From Eledone cirrhosa (Eukaryota), in contig OZ024754.1 of NCBI GenBank assembly GCA_964016885.1, forward strand, positions 16,616,001 through 16,680,000: 64,000 nt of DNA. Direction: 5' to 3'. The first letter of the stretch is position 1. Every line of letters begins with the position of its first letter. The notes under the pieces are model-generated. The model saw only the letters and a program-made list of their open reading frames with translations, was not told the origin of the DNA and made no database searches. Below, one piece after another: positions 25,471 through 37,906 of the stretch. The position numbers were made by a program, and so were the translations under genes.

Positions 25471-26387
25471 ATCATATATCATTATATTACAAATACCATC
25501 TCAATTTTGAAATATATAATAGGTTTAGCAAGTGACTCCAAAGTTTTCATCAATTAATTAAAATACTGTGTATTTCATTAGAAATACAGTCATAAAAGGG
25601 TTAAGTGGTTTTTAAGTTTCTGTAGATCTGATGTGAGGTTTAGACATTCTAATGTTCTAGAACGTTGTTCATATATATATTTGTTGGTTGTTGATCATAC
25701 ACTTGCAGTGGCTTCATTCATCGAAGCTGGCTTTTACTTTTATTAGTTAATTATGTAGATGAGTGATCTGTAGGAAAAGAGAGCTTTGGAAGTTGTTATG
25801 ATGTAGAGGATCTTGTTGTTTTTGGAATTATTTCTAATTCTTTGTAGTTTGGTAAAGAAAAAAAACAGAAAAGAAAAGCCAGGCAGTGCTAGAACAGTTC
25901 AAGCGAGATTCTATACAGTGCCTATGAACCGAACAGTTCAAGCTGGATTCTATACAGTGCCTATCGACCCAAGCTAGGAGACCATTCATGTATTTCGATT
26001 GTATTTCTATATTCCCTTCCTGCAGTATAAAATGAACAATTTCTTTTTTTCTCTCTTTATTCTTGTTTCCAAATTATTTAGATATTTTTTTAAAAAGTAG
26101 AACACATTATTCCTTGGTTTCGTGCTGTCATGAGCCAAGATGCCAAGACTAAGAACAATTATTAATGAATTTTAATGAAAATCTAAATTCTTCCCCATAT
26201 TTTATTCTTTTAATATTGACAGGTATCATTACCGTTTCTTTTTTATATGTTGTTTAACATCTAAATTCTTTTAACCTTTTTCTTTGTTTATCAAATCATC
26301 TGTTAATATAGTTATGTCATTTTTATTGACAACTTTCTAAATGTTGTTCTTTTAATATATATTTGTTTCTATTAGTGTTTATAATAA

Positions 26388-26587
26388 AGGCAGTGGATTG
26401 GCAGAATTGGTAGAGGGTCGGACGCCATGCTTTGCAGCATAGAGTTACGCCCCTTTACAATCTGAGTTCAAATCCCGCCGAGGTTAACTTTACCTTTCAT
26501 CCTTACAGAGTTGATAAAATAAAGTACCAGTAATGTACTGAAATAATTGCTGGCCTTGTGCCAAAAAAAAAAAAAATAGAAACAATT
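26388..26587 (+). mobile_element. SINE family A
   Basis: A and B boxes plus family body. Confidence 0.9.
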
Positions 26588-27042
26588 AGTGTTTCTAATT
26601 AGCATATTTAAGTTCAGTATTTTGGTAAAATAATGTGTAAAAGTCAAAAGAAATATTATTATAATAGAGAAATAAAATATAATTTGGAAGATGGACTTTG
26701 ATTATACCTTGTAATACAACAATAAAAACATTAACCCTTTTGATATCAACCAACCCAAAACTGTCTCATAACCACCCATTTTAAAGTGTCCCTATTCAAA
26801 TTAAAATCTTCCGACATGATTTAATGATTTCTGATTTAGGCACAAAGCCAACAACCTTTTTTGGGGGAGGGGCAAGTTGATTAAATCACCACCAGTATAT
26901 TACTAAACAATTAGCATAGGTATAAAACAGTTTTGGAGTTGTCCTTGTCTAACAAATAAAGGACATCTGAAATTGTATATAGAGACTAGAACAATTGTAT
27001 CATGACAAAGTCAGTTTAGATTTAAAAAAATGCATTACACAC

Positions 27043-27181
27043 ATTTATCATTTATTTCTTGGTGTCAAAATTTTCACCACACTATTTGTGACCTGGTTAC
27101 TGATATAGTTCTTCTGTAACTCAGTGACCAGGTCACAAATGGTGTGATGAGAATTTTGAAGCCAAGAAATAAATGATAAAT
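27043..27181. repeat. imperfect ~61-bp inverted repeat, 17-nt loop (fold-back/MITE-like)
   Basis: ATTTATCATTTATTTCTTGG...GTTACTGA pairs with TCAGTGACC...CCAAGAAATAAATGATAAAT. Confidence 0.88.
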
Positions 27182-28583
27182 ATAAAGTAAATTTTTAGAG
27201 GTTCTTTTAAAAAAAATAGCTAAAATGCCTCTTCCATGTTGTAATTGTTTCATAATAGCTATATTTACAGTTCAAAGTTAGCTACAAGGGCTGGCTGAAA
27301 GGTTCATAGGTTGACCAAGGTCCTCACATGGAATGACAAAATGAGGTTTATTTTTAAATATATAAGTATTAGCAAGTTGGTATCAAAAGGATTAAAGCAG
27401 TTGAAGAATTTTTCCTACATTTTAGAAAACTTGATACTGAAATATTCATTCTGTTAGTATTGGTTAGCTCTTGGGAATTTCTATGTTAATTAGTAAAGAT
27501 TTAAAAGTCATAAATAATATCTTGTTTATATTTTGTGTTTCTTGAAATATTTGATCTTATTTTATCTCTGTGTACTTTTATTTTCTAATTTCCTTTATTT
27601 CTTGATCTCTGCTATGATAAACATTTCCCTTAAGACTCAACAGCATACTACGCAGATTTAATTCAGTAACATAATCATTATACCCAAATTGAATATTGCA
27701 ATCTTCTTTAATCATATTTAAATGATTTTCATCTTTGTCATCTTCATCATTGCATCACCACAGTCAACCTCTTCATCATATCATCATCATCATCGTTGTC
27801 TGCCATACGTTGTCTTGTCTGGCATACGTTGATTCGGATTAAGATTAGTATCATGAGAAAAAAATATTATCTTATCTGACATTTCATATTTTATGGACAC
27901 TCATAATAAGTATCTTAAACTTCTCACTGTTAACAAGGGAGTTCCTATGTGGTTGTTTGTCCTGCTAGAAATGTTAGCGAAATTCTCTCAAATTACACAC
28001 TACTATCTTTAAAAAAACTACAAAAAACAAACAAACAAAAAAAAGCAAAGGAGGCATCAATAGATATACTATACCTGAAAACTAAAACAACAATAGGTGA
28101 GATAATCAAAGCTGGTATACCTTTTATCATAGACCTGCTTGATCATTGCTAATTTGAAGCTAAACAAGAATAGCAGCAATCTCACTTATAAAGGACCTTC
28201 TAAATGAACTTTTTGGTATCATCGTCCACTCCATTCACATGGAAAAAATTTCCACTGCCCACCTTTATAGTAAATATTCAATAACATGCCAAAAAATGTT
28301 TGATAAAAGTTTGTTCCTGGTTTATTATTTCCATTTAGCCTCCTGGGGTTTTATTTTTATACAGGTTCGTTGCATATCTTCTTTGAATATTTTTCAGGTA
28401 GCCTTTGTTGAAATACCTTCTTAACACTGAAAATCCTATATCGTCCACCAAAATTTTCCAATTGCCCACCATTTTCTGTTTAGTTGCTCATCACCCACCC
28501 AACGGTTGAGATCGTCCACCGTTGGGAAATATCACCCAGGGTTGGAAACTCTATTCTAGATTGTCAAGTGTTGATTATACTGT

Positions 28584-28812
28584 TTAACCCTTTAGCATTT
28601 AAGCTAGCGGTATCTGGCCAGAATTCTCTCACCTCTTTCTGTTCAAACTGGCCATAACAGGCCACTCATACTGATGTTAAGATATTGTTCTTGAAATATA
28701 TAATATCAAAATCTCATAGATTTGATATAATGTGTGATAATTATGTGAGATAAAGCCTTTACCATGAAAATATCATAGTAAATATAGAGTAATATAAATA
28801 CTAAAGGGTTAA
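28584..28812 (+). mobile_element. piggyBac-type MITE
   Basis: TTAA-CCCTTTAGCATTTA...TAAATACTAAAGGG-TTAA. Four related copies in the window. Confidence 0.85.
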
Positions 28813-28992
28813 ACCTAAACTATTTTCTGTATCAATTCCATCCTATTCAAGCTTGGCAATGACTTTCTCTATTGCATTCATTATGGCTGTCATTAGTTTA
28901 AGTTTTGTAACATTCTCCCTCTCTAAATATAGTGTTCCCCTAAAATGTACTACAAGTTGTAGCTAGGTGAGATGTGAAAATAGCAATCATAT

Positions 28993-29204
28993 TTAACCCT
29001 TTAGCATTTAAACCAGCCATATCCGGCCAGAATTCTCTCACCTGTTTCTGTTCAAATTGGTTGCAATTGGCTGCTCATACCGACTTTAAGGTATTGTTTT
29101 CAAAATAAATGATATCAAAATCTCAGATTCGATATTATTTAAGATAAAGTGTTTACTGTAAATACAATAGTAAATATAGAGTAATGTAAATGCTAAATGG
29201 TTAA
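28993..29204 (+). mobile_element. piggyBac-type MITE, same family
   Basis: TTAA-CCCTTTAGCATTTA...TAAATGCTAAATGG-TTAA. Confidence 0.85.
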
Positions 29205-30472
29205 ACCTTTTAATACCAAACTGCCAGAAATCACCTTAGTTCTGTGATGCCATCTTATACTTCTCAAAAGTCATTTCTCTAGATTAGGACATTGTTCCAT
29301 CCTCTGCTTTCTTTTTTTATATATAAATGTGAAAATGTAGAAATCCCAAACGTAGAAAATAACTGTAAATATGTAAATAATAACTTAGAAAATTGGGTAA
29401 AGTACCAAAGTACCCACCCATATAGACAGAAAAAAAGTTACCAGAAGCTGCTACAGAGAATCAAACTCTGTGGTTTACCCAATTTTCTAACCTATTATTT
29501 ATAGCAACCAACTGTGGCTGCAGTTGTTTTCTGTGTTTGGGATTTTTACATTTTCTTAGAATTTCAACCCTACCCCCAATACATCAATGTTTTGAAATAA
29601 ATAATTGTGATTTCAAGACCCACCAGGATCAGTATGCAGAAGATTTGATTTTCCTGCAGCATTTCTTTAATATATTCTTTAATAATTATATAAAACATAA
29701 ATAGCCACATTAGTTATATTTGTTCTCAATATGTTCAAGTCAGTATTTATTCTCTCAGCAACAACAACACTCAACACTACAACAATGATATATTATGTTT
29801 AATATTTATATCTTTCCTAAGTGTTTTATTGAAATAATGGAAGTTATGTTAACTTGAAATGAAAGGTAAAACTTATTTTAACTCCAATTTTAACCTTTTC
29901 TTAACAGAGATAAACGTTTGCACTATATTTACATATGTCAATGGAAATATATAACCTATTAACCTCAAAATTTAAACTCATAAATAAAAATTACTTCTGC
30001 AAATATTTTTCTCTGCTTTTTTGTCAAAATTAGTTACATTTTCATTGTTATCACAGCTTAAGAATGAAAACAACATCATCATCATCATCATTCTTACGTC
30101 TACTTTCCACGCTGGCACGGGTTGAGTAGGTTGTCACGGTCCTTGACCAGATGGGTCAAAGTGACCTCATCTCACTCATCCATTAATCAAGCATTTTAAG
30201 GGATTTAGTAAAATAACTTCCTTATTATTAGCTGCTGGTTGGAACATAACCTAATGAAGGTTCTTACATAAAGCTATGATGGAAAAATTATTTATAGATA
30301 TAAATATAAACACTTTAAAATAAACAGTTTTGTATTGTAGAATCAAAGTTATTTTCAAAATGGTTAAATAAATCCCCCTGTGGAGTTATGTTAACTAATT
30401 GATATGACACCTTCTCTCTTGTCATCATAGTACACAATGTTCTCTTTCCTTTGCTGCTCTCAATGATACTAA

Positions 30473-30696
30473 TAACCCTTTAGTATTCACATTACTCTAT
30501 ATTTACTAATATATTTTCAGAGAAAAGGCTTTACTTCACATAAATATTTCACATAACATCGAGTCTATGAGATTTTGATATTATTTATTTTGAGAAAAAT
30601 ACCTTAAAGTCAGTATGAGGGGCCAGTTATGGCAGGTTTGAACAGAAAGCGGTGAGAGAATTCTGGCCAGATATGGCTGGTTTAAATGCTAAAGCA
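30473..30696 (-). mobile_element. piggyBac-type MITE, same family, reversed
   Basis: GAGAGAATTCTGGCC...TTTAAATGCTAAAG is the reverse complement of the family 5' end. Confidence 0.8.
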
Positions 30697-31550
30697 TTAA
30701 AAGGAATGTTGATATTTCTAGGCTTCCTTTTCTTGTCACAACTGGAGCTGATTAGCCTTAGCCTTGGCCCAGGATATAGCAGGTATCCAGATGAGTTAAT
30801 TCTTTTTTTCCTGGTTGTGTGGAGGAAATTATTTCATGTATTACATGTTGAGACACATTCTCCTGTCTTAACCTTATCACTTTGACAATAAACCAGAAAT
30901 TGAAGTTGCCTGCACTGATGGATAGATGCCTTTTCATGCCATCAATTGCTGTATTGTTCAATTGGAAAGCGGGCATTGTTCCTTGGTAAGGAATATTAGG
31001 AGTTAGTGTCTGATACAGTGGATATCACTGCTTGTTCTTCATGGTAAAACTTTTACTATCATTTCCTCCTTGGGTCATAGAACAGATAGACTCTTCAATA
31101 GAAAATATAGAATTTGTTCATTTGTTTTTTTTAGCTTACTATGTGTATATACATATATAAGTATTTAAATTACTGTTTGTTATTTTAATTTTCTAATAAA
31201 TATAATGAAATCTTGCACTCAATAATGAGATTGATCGAATTAAATATTCTGCATACAAAACAATATATATTGATCTTAATAGAAAAAACAAGAGATCTTG
31301 AAGATTCAAAATATTATATAAACATTGCTTTGTGGTAAAGAAGTTCACTTTAAACCGTGGGGTTCCAAATTCAACTGTGAGCAAGGGTTTTCTACTGTAG
31401 CCTAAGTATAACCAATGTCTTGTCAGTCAAATTTGGTGGATGGAAACTATGAGAAACATCATCATCTATCCATATATATATGAAGATGATGAGCTTTTTC
31501 ATAGTGTCCATCTACTAAATATTTACATAGATAATTGTTTCTACTTTTGG

Positions 31551-31738
31551 CACGGTGGATTGGCAGTATTGGTAGAAGGTCGGACGCCATGCTTTGCAGC
31601 ATCGAGTTATGGCCCTTCACGGTCTGAGTTCAAATCACGCCGAGGTTAACTTTGCGTTTCATCCTTACGGGGTCGATAAAATAAAGTACCAGTGATGCAC
31701 TGGGATAATTGCTGGCCTTGTGCCAAAAGTAGAAACAT
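31551..31738 (+). mobile_element. SINE family A
   Basis: GGTGGATTGGCAGTATTGGTAG head, B box and body. Confidence 0.9.
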
Positions 31739-31759
31739 TATAGAGATATACAATGCCAA

Positions 31760-31910
31760 GAAAGTTGGTTTCATCTATGATGCCAGAAAATATCTTATAT
31801 TTGTATGAATCTACCATTCATTCTTGTATTGAGTACTGTTACCACATCTGGTCGGGTGCTTCTGTGGTGTACCTTTAGAGTGTGATAAGATCCAAAGAAG
31901 AATCATCAAT
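31760..31910 (+). mobile_element. old CR1/Jockey-group LINE fragment (post-RT region)
   Basis: Manual translation ILYLYESTIHSCIEYCYHIWSGAS, then DKIQRRIIN after a frameshift, resembles the LY...EYC..IW...L.KIQ.R motif. Confidence 0.6.
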
Positions 31911-31997
31911 GAATAATATCGAGTTAAAGAAAATCTATCATGAAATTAACAGGACAGTCTATTGCAACTATTGAAATAATAATAATAATGATAATAA

Positions 31998-32255
31998 TAA
32001 TAATGATTTCTTTATTAACCACAAGGGTTTACATAAAGTAGACATTAAGGACAGTGCAGGACAATACAGGACGGTACAAATGGGCATTTCTGCGTGTAAA
32101 AAACAAAAACAGAGGAAGTAACAAAAAATAACAATGAAAAATTCCCCAATGGGGGGAGACTTCGGAGGGACATTTGTGGAGAAAGCCCAGTAAAAGGCCA
32201 CAGTGACCCTGACCACCAAGGCAAGTGCGCTCTCCCAGTTTTCCACCTTTAATTT
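31998..32255 (-). repeat. probable retroelement 3' end, family unassigned
   Basis: Minus strand ends AATAAAGAAATC followed by an (ATT)n tail. No diagnostic motif. Confidence 0.4.
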
Positions 32256-32285
32256 ACAGATATATACTCAGAATAACAATAATAA

Positions 32286-32612
32286 TTGATTGTAGATGTA
32301 GCCTGCCCCTTTGACACAAGAGTGCAAAAAAAGGAGAAAGAGAAAATTAACCGATATCAGGATTTAAAGTGGGAGTTTAAAAGGATTTGGGACTGTCATG
32401 AAATCAAGGTTGTCCCGAATGTCATAGGAGCACTAGGTACTATCTCAAAGAGTTTTCAAGGATGGTTAAAGAACATTAGTCCAGCTCCTTTTTTTTGGAA
32501 CACTTCAAAAGGCATGCTTGCTGGGAACAGCAAGAACCGTCCTACACATCCTGAATATCTGAGGCTGCAGGTAGCGACTTGATGTTCATTTCAACAAACT
32601 TTCCAGCTAAAT
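32286..32612 (+). mobile_element. 3' fragment of an R4/Dong-type LINE (same family as 40028-42407)
   Basis: [13 protein letters not shown]...YQDLKWE, preceded by AATAACAATAATAAT. Confidence 0.9.
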
Positions 32613-32617
32613 AATAG

Positions 32618-32725
32618 TTGTTTCTACTTTTGGCACAAGGCCAGCAATTATCCCAGTGTATTACTGGTACTTTATTTTATCGACCCCCGTGAGGATGAAA
32701 GGCAAAGTTAACCTCGGCGGGATTT
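32618..32725 (-). mobile_element. SINE family A, 3' half
   Basis: TTGTTTCTACTTTTGGCACAAGG...CCTCGGCGGGATTT. Confidence 0.85.
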
Positions 32726-33473
32726 AATAATAATAATAATAATAATAACAACAATATGTGATAAACTTTAAAATATTCCTATATATAAAGATTCATGAAA
32801 GATTTCAAACTATTTATATAAATTTTTGTTTTCATTAATATATTCATTAAAAATAAAAAATAGAAGCTATCAATTTTTTTATCATTTTAATTTTACATGA
32901 AATGAATATAAAGATTTTTAAATGGAATATTTTTGCATGATATATATCCATATTTTTTTGTATTAAAAACAAAAATTAATAGAAAAAATACACAAATAAA
33001 AAAGGCAAAGATTGCTTAAAATCCAATTTTTTTATGTTAATGTAAACTATAGAAATAATGGATCTATTTAAACATTTTTTTAAAGGTTTCTTTTAATCTT
33101 TGTTGTTTACAAAAACCATCAATGCAAAGTGGAGATTTCATTTATTGCTTTTGTGTGGAATAAAAACTTTGTATTTAAGCAATTTAAAGATATTTGATAA
33201 ATTTGTGAAGTGTATATTGACAGTTTATTACTGTTGGAATGGAATGGACCTTCATTGCTTCCATTGATGAATGTTTCAGTTGCTGGATCACTGGAAGAGT
33301 CTGAGCAGGAAATTAATGTGCAAAAATTGGCTGAGAATTCCATAGATCTTTTCCAGTACTCTTAACATACTGTTAGGTCTCGAATAACTGCCATCTCCCA
33401 CCTGCTTATTAATCTTTTCATGTCCTCCCTTCTCCATTAAATTTTACTAATCTATCTCTGGCAACATTTTATT

Positions 33474-33686
33474 TTAACCCTTTAGCATTCAAACCAGCCG
33501 TATATGGCCAGAATTCTCTCACCTCTTTCTATTCAAACCGGCTGTAACCGGCCACTCATACTGATGTTAAGGTATTCTCAAAATAAATAATATCAAAATC
33601 TCATAGATGAGTTAATTATGCAAGATAAAGTGTTTACCTTGAAAATACAGAGTAAATAAAGAGTATTGTGAATGCTAAATGGTTAA
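33474..33686 (+). mobile_element. piggyBac-type MITE, same family as 28584
   Basis: TTAA-CCCTTTAGCATTCA...TGAATGCTAAATGG-TTAA. Confidence 0.85.
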
Positions 33687-34582
33687 ATTAAAATCTTCCA
33701 ATATAATTTTATATAAGAACCTTACATTAAGTTACCATCTTACTAATGAAATAATTAATAATTTTAGTAAATACCTTAAAATTCCTCATTAATTAATTAA
33801 AATAGAGTGTATTTTATTAGAAATGTGATGAAAGGGTTAATTGAGTGGAATGTGTTTTGACACTGTTAGAATGACACATCATCATTGTATTTACATCCAC
33901 TTTTCTATGTTGGCATGGGTCGGACAGGATGGTTTAAGACAATGTCTTATAGGCAGACAGCATTCAGGAATACATACAGTGTACCTATTCAAAATAAATA
34001 AGAGAAAAAATAACAGGAAATACAATAAAATACAATATTTAGCTGTAGTATTCATTTTAGACTTGCTTCATACTACTTATCGATTTTTACATAGTATTTG
34101 TCTGTATTGAAGACTTCTATCTGATTCTAACAATAAAGCAAAGTTAATTTAAACCATGAACATTCTCACTAGGAGTAGAATTATGAAAACTCTAATATAT
34201 TTGGTTGTAATTGTCATGAACACAAGGGGCTTATATTATTCAAAGCAATAATTTCACTTTGTCTGAGAAAATGTTAATTTTCTTACATTTCTTATAATAA
34301 ATCTATTCAGCTTTTCTCTAATATTTTAAAATGGGTATATATCATATATCTACTCATTTGTATTTTATTTTATTTATGTATTTTGTCTTTATGAATATTC
34401 TGCACCTATTTCTGTAATAAAGCTCTTCTTTCTAATTAACGTATAATACCAATACAGTGTTAAAGTAAAACAGAACGGTAGCTGAGGCATTAAGACATTT
34501 TATATATCATCATCATCACCGTTTAACGTCCATTTTTCCAAGCTGGCTTGGGTTAGACAAGTTATCCTGTTGTGAGGTGACC

Positions 34583-34615
<33 letters not shown>

Positions 34616-34616
<1 letters not shown>

Positions 34617-34750
34617 CAGAGAGGGTGTGGTAAGATACCAGGTGGACCATAACGCACCAGAGTACTCGATACTTGGGGTAGTAGAGTGGGTAATATAAAA
34701 AGATTCAGGACCCCGACAGCTGAGCTCTGGCAGTTCTGTTTCGACAGCTA
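34616..34750 (-). mobile_element. PLE-type end and tail related to 43247-43429
   Basis: GTGGTAAG...CCAGGTGGACCATAACGCACC...GTAGTAGAGTGGGTAAT is the reverse complement of ~43351-43420. Confidence 0.8.
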
Positions 34751-34756
34751 TATATC

Positions 34757-35820
34757 AATCTTGTTCATTATAGTCCTCCAAGCCATAACAGAGGAGTTTA
34801 AGACTGTCTGTCCATGGGAAGCTCTCTATGCTGACGATCTGGTTCTTATAGCAGAATCAGTAGAGGAGCTAGAGAATAAATTCTGGCTATGGAAACAGCA
34901 GTTGGAAGCAAGAGGACTGAGAGTGAACCTAGCTAAGACAAAAGTGTTGATGAGTAGAAAAGAGGACAAAACCCTGATTCCGTCAGGGAAATGGCCATGT
35001 TCGATATGCAGAAAAGGAACTGGCATAAATTCTATAAAATGCACACAATGCAGATCCTGGGTACACAAGAGATGTAGCGGGATAGCAGGTAAACTAACAG
35101 GTAGGGAGAAATATGTATGCAGTAGATGTACAGGGAAATTAGACAGTAGAAGTCGCACTGATAGACACATTTTTCAAATGCAAGAGGGCGCTATAGAAGT
35201 GGTGGATAGCTTCCGGTACCTAGGAGATCAGATTAGCATGGGAGAAGGGTGTTCCGAGGCCATAGTATCTAGAATAAGGACGGGTTGGAAGAAGTTTAGG
35301 GAGCTGCTTCCTCTGTTGACGAAGAAGGGTTTCTCCCTGCGTATGAAAGGCCGGTTGTATGATGCCTGTGTGAGGAGCGCGATGCTGCATGGTAGTGAGA
35401 CATGGGCAGCAACCGCAGAGGATATGCGACGGCTGGAGAGAAATGAGGCAAGCATGCTCCGTTGGATGTGCAGTGTAAATGTGCGTGAACAACCCAGCAT
35501 AAATGTGTTGAGAGAGAAACTGTGTCTGAGAGGGATAGAATGTAGTGTATGGGAGAGGAGACTGAGGTGGTATGGACATGTGATGCGCATGGAGGATGAC
35601 CGATGGGTGAAGAAGTGCCAGGAATTGCCAGTTGAAGGAAGACGTGGTAGAGGTAGACCACGAAAAACATTGGCGGAGGTGGTGAGAACAGACCTCAGAT
35701 CATTGAAGCTCACGGTGGAGATGACGAGGGACCGTGACGAGTGGAGAGATGCTGTGCTGAATAAGACCTGTCCCACCCTTGCAAGCAGGGAAAACGGACG
35801 TAAAATGATGATGATGATGA
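34757..35820 (+). mobile_element. 5'-truncated RTE-clade LINE with an open ORF (RT C-terminus, PHD-like finger, thumb)
   Basis: YADDLVL, YLG, MLHGSETW and RLRWYGHV motifs, plus (GAT)n tail. The first ~24 aa of the listed ORF come from the neighbouring element. Confidence 0.95.
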
Positions 35821-35878
35821 TATATATAATTATAAAATAACAGGAGGCTGGACTGGTGTAATTTCTTAAAGGTTTATT

Positions 35879-35936
35879 ATACTATGAACATTTCAATGAC
35901 CAGGTTCAGTATGAATCCGGTGACATCATCAGGTAT
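35879..35936 (-). ncRNA. candidate type I hammerhead in a ~360-bp non-coding insertion (~35830-36195)
   Basis: AUAC-CUGAUGA-[ACCGG/CUGGU plus UUCA/UGAA helix]-GAA-AUGUUCAU-A-GUAU. Confidence 0.65.
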
Positions 35937-36422
35937 TCGAAATTTAACAAAGGAATATAATAGACACAATCCATGGGGCTGAAAAAGCAGAGAGACGAGA
36001 AGGTGGCCAAACAATTAGCACTTGCCAGTCCGGTTGGCAATAATAATTAACTCTGTACTCACACCACCAACAACACAAACAAAGACGGGTGAGTTGCATT
36101 TCGCCGAGTGCTCTCCCTAATATTACATCAAGGTTGACAAGACGGAATGACCAATTCTATCTAGTGGTGAACCAACAAACCTAAATGAATGAATATATAT
36201 ATATATATACACACACACTTCTTGTACAAGAACAAGATTAAGGTTATACAGACATATATTATGTATTGACAGTAAGTCACTATTTATATAGAGAGATGAC
36301 AAAAGTAGAGTTGAGGAATCAGGTGGCTTTCTTAAAACAAATCTAAACCAGGAGAAAATATTAAAACCATTTTGCTATTCTGTCTTTGTACTACACCAAG
36401 ATAAATAAATGAACACACAAAC

Positions 36423-36750
36423 ATGGCTTAGTGGTTAGAGCATTGGCCTTGCAATCGAAAGGTTGTGAGTTCAATTCTCAGACCGGGTGATGTGTTGTTT
36501 CCTTGAGCAAGAGACTTTATTTCACATTGCTCCAGTTTACTCAGCTGTAGAAATGAGATGATAGGGACTGGGGTCTCTATCATTCCACTGCAAAGTGGTC
36601 GTGGAGGTGCCACGGCAAAAAAGCACCCAGCACTCACTGTAAATGAGGTTGGTGTTAGGAAGGGCATCCAGCTGTAGAAATCAAGCCAGAATCAGTTCCC
36701 GTCCCACCCTTGCAAGCAGGGAAAAGCGGACGTAAAATGAAATGATGATG
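36423..36750 (+). mobile_element. tRNA-SINE family B with RTE-like 3' tail
   Basis: TGGCTTAGTGG A box, GAGTTCAATTC B box, CCTTGAGCAAG core. The 3' end CCCTTGCAAGCAGGGAAAA.CGGACGTAAAATG matches the RTE at ~35776. Confidence 0.88.
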
Positions 36751-36763
36751 AAAATGATATCTA

Positions 36764-37038
36764 CCTAAGGCGGGTAAAATTCCCGAGATCCATGGATGAG
36801 TTCTCTCCAGTGGTCTCTGTCCCTCATTATCGCTGCCATGTCCTGCGTCTCCAACAGACCAGTGTCTGTCCTTAGGGCATCAACATACGTTAACCTTGGT
36901 CTTCCTCTTCTAGTGTGTCCATGTAGGGGCTCCCACAGGAGCACTGAGTGCAATGTCAACTCTGGATGTCGGTGAGCATGTCCAGCTAACCTCAGTCTCC
37001 TCTGTGTCACTTTTGAGGTGACTTTTGGGATGCTCCCA
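36764..37038 (-). mobile_element. RTE-like LINE 3' fragment (second RTE family)
   Basis: RRLRLAGH...LLWEP.HG..RRGRP motif. Matches 39032-39300. Confidence 0.88.
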
Positions 37039-37043
37039 TATAT

Positions 37044-37233
37044 ATATAGTAGAGAGTTGGGGCCCAATGGCTGAGTTGTTGCCATTTCAACAGTAAATTC
37101 CATTTGTTGTTGAAATGGCAAGAGTTCAATCCTTGGGCCCCAACTCTCTACTATATTTACACTCTAGAATCCAAAGTATTGAGTACCCTGCTGAATAATG
37201 GTCTTACTAGTTTAAAACTGGTATAGTTCTGAT
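37044..37233. mobile_element. PLE-type micro-insertion: inverted arms (37044-37156) plus ~77-bp tail
   Basis: ATATAGTAGAGAGTTGGGGCCCAA pairs with TTGGGCCCCAACTCTCTACTATAT. The left arm (minus) has the HHR half GAA-AUGGC...GCCAU-U. The tail contains AAGTATTGAGTAC. Confidence 0.7.
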
Positions 37234-37262
37234 CTCTCTCTCTCCCTCTCCCCCTCTCCCCC

Positions 37263-37311
<49 letters not shown>

Positions 37312-37382
37312 TATGTACGCACACAAATGCCAGCGTGGAAAAATGGATGCTAAACGGTAATGATGATATATGTACATATGTA

Positions 37383-37668
37383 TCATCATCATCGTTTAAC
37401 ATCTATCTTCCACGCTAGCATAGGTTTAGACGGGAATTGTCCCACATTGGTTGTCTTGCTCGCATAGGACTGTCTGGCAGGTTTTCTACGGCTGGATGCC
37501 CTTCCTAACACCAACCACGTTTACAGTGTGGACTGGTATCATCATCATCATCATCATTTTACGTCCGCTTTTCCCTGCTTGCAAGGGTGGGACGGGAACT
37601 GATTCTGGTTTGATTTCTACAGCTGGATGCCCTTCCTAACACCAACCTCATTTACAGTGTGGACTGGT
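37383..37668 (-). mobile_element. two tandem SINE-B/RTE-tail 3' fragments
   Basis: (CAT)n-...GGATGCCCTTCCTAACACCAACC...TTTACAGTGTGGACTGG occurs twice. Confidence 0.85.
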
Positions 37669-37678
37669 ATATATATAT

Positions 37679-37710
<32 letters not shown>

Positions 37711-37716
37711 GATAAT

Positions 37717-37906
37717 AATTGTTTCTACTTTTGGCACAAGGCCAGCAATTATCCAGTACATTACTGGTACTTTATTTTATCGACCCCGTAAGGATGAAAG
37801 GCAAAGTTAACCTCGGCGGGATTTGAACTCAGACTGTAAAGGGACGTAACTATACTAGAAAGCCTGGCGTCCGACCCTCTACAGATACTGCCAATTCACC
37901 GCCCTT
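37717..37906 (-). mobile_element. SINE family A, full length
   Basis: Reverse complement of 24663-24852. Confidence 0.9.

Noticed and set aside
25892-25969. 39-bp direct duplication
   Set aside because: Two imperfect copies only, an ordinary local duplication.
28160-28470. Possible exon
   Set aside because: Short open frames only, with no supporting features.
30700-31100. Possible host exon (moderate GC, short ORFs)
   Set aside because: Stops interrupt the frames, and there is no recognisable domain or convincing splice pair.
31820-31840. GTATTGAGTAC as another PLE tail motif
   Set aside because: Here it lies in the CIEYC codons of a LINE fragment.
33119-33460. Possible host exon or old transposase fragment
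   Set aside because: Only 50-75-codon frames on both strands, with no recognisable motif.
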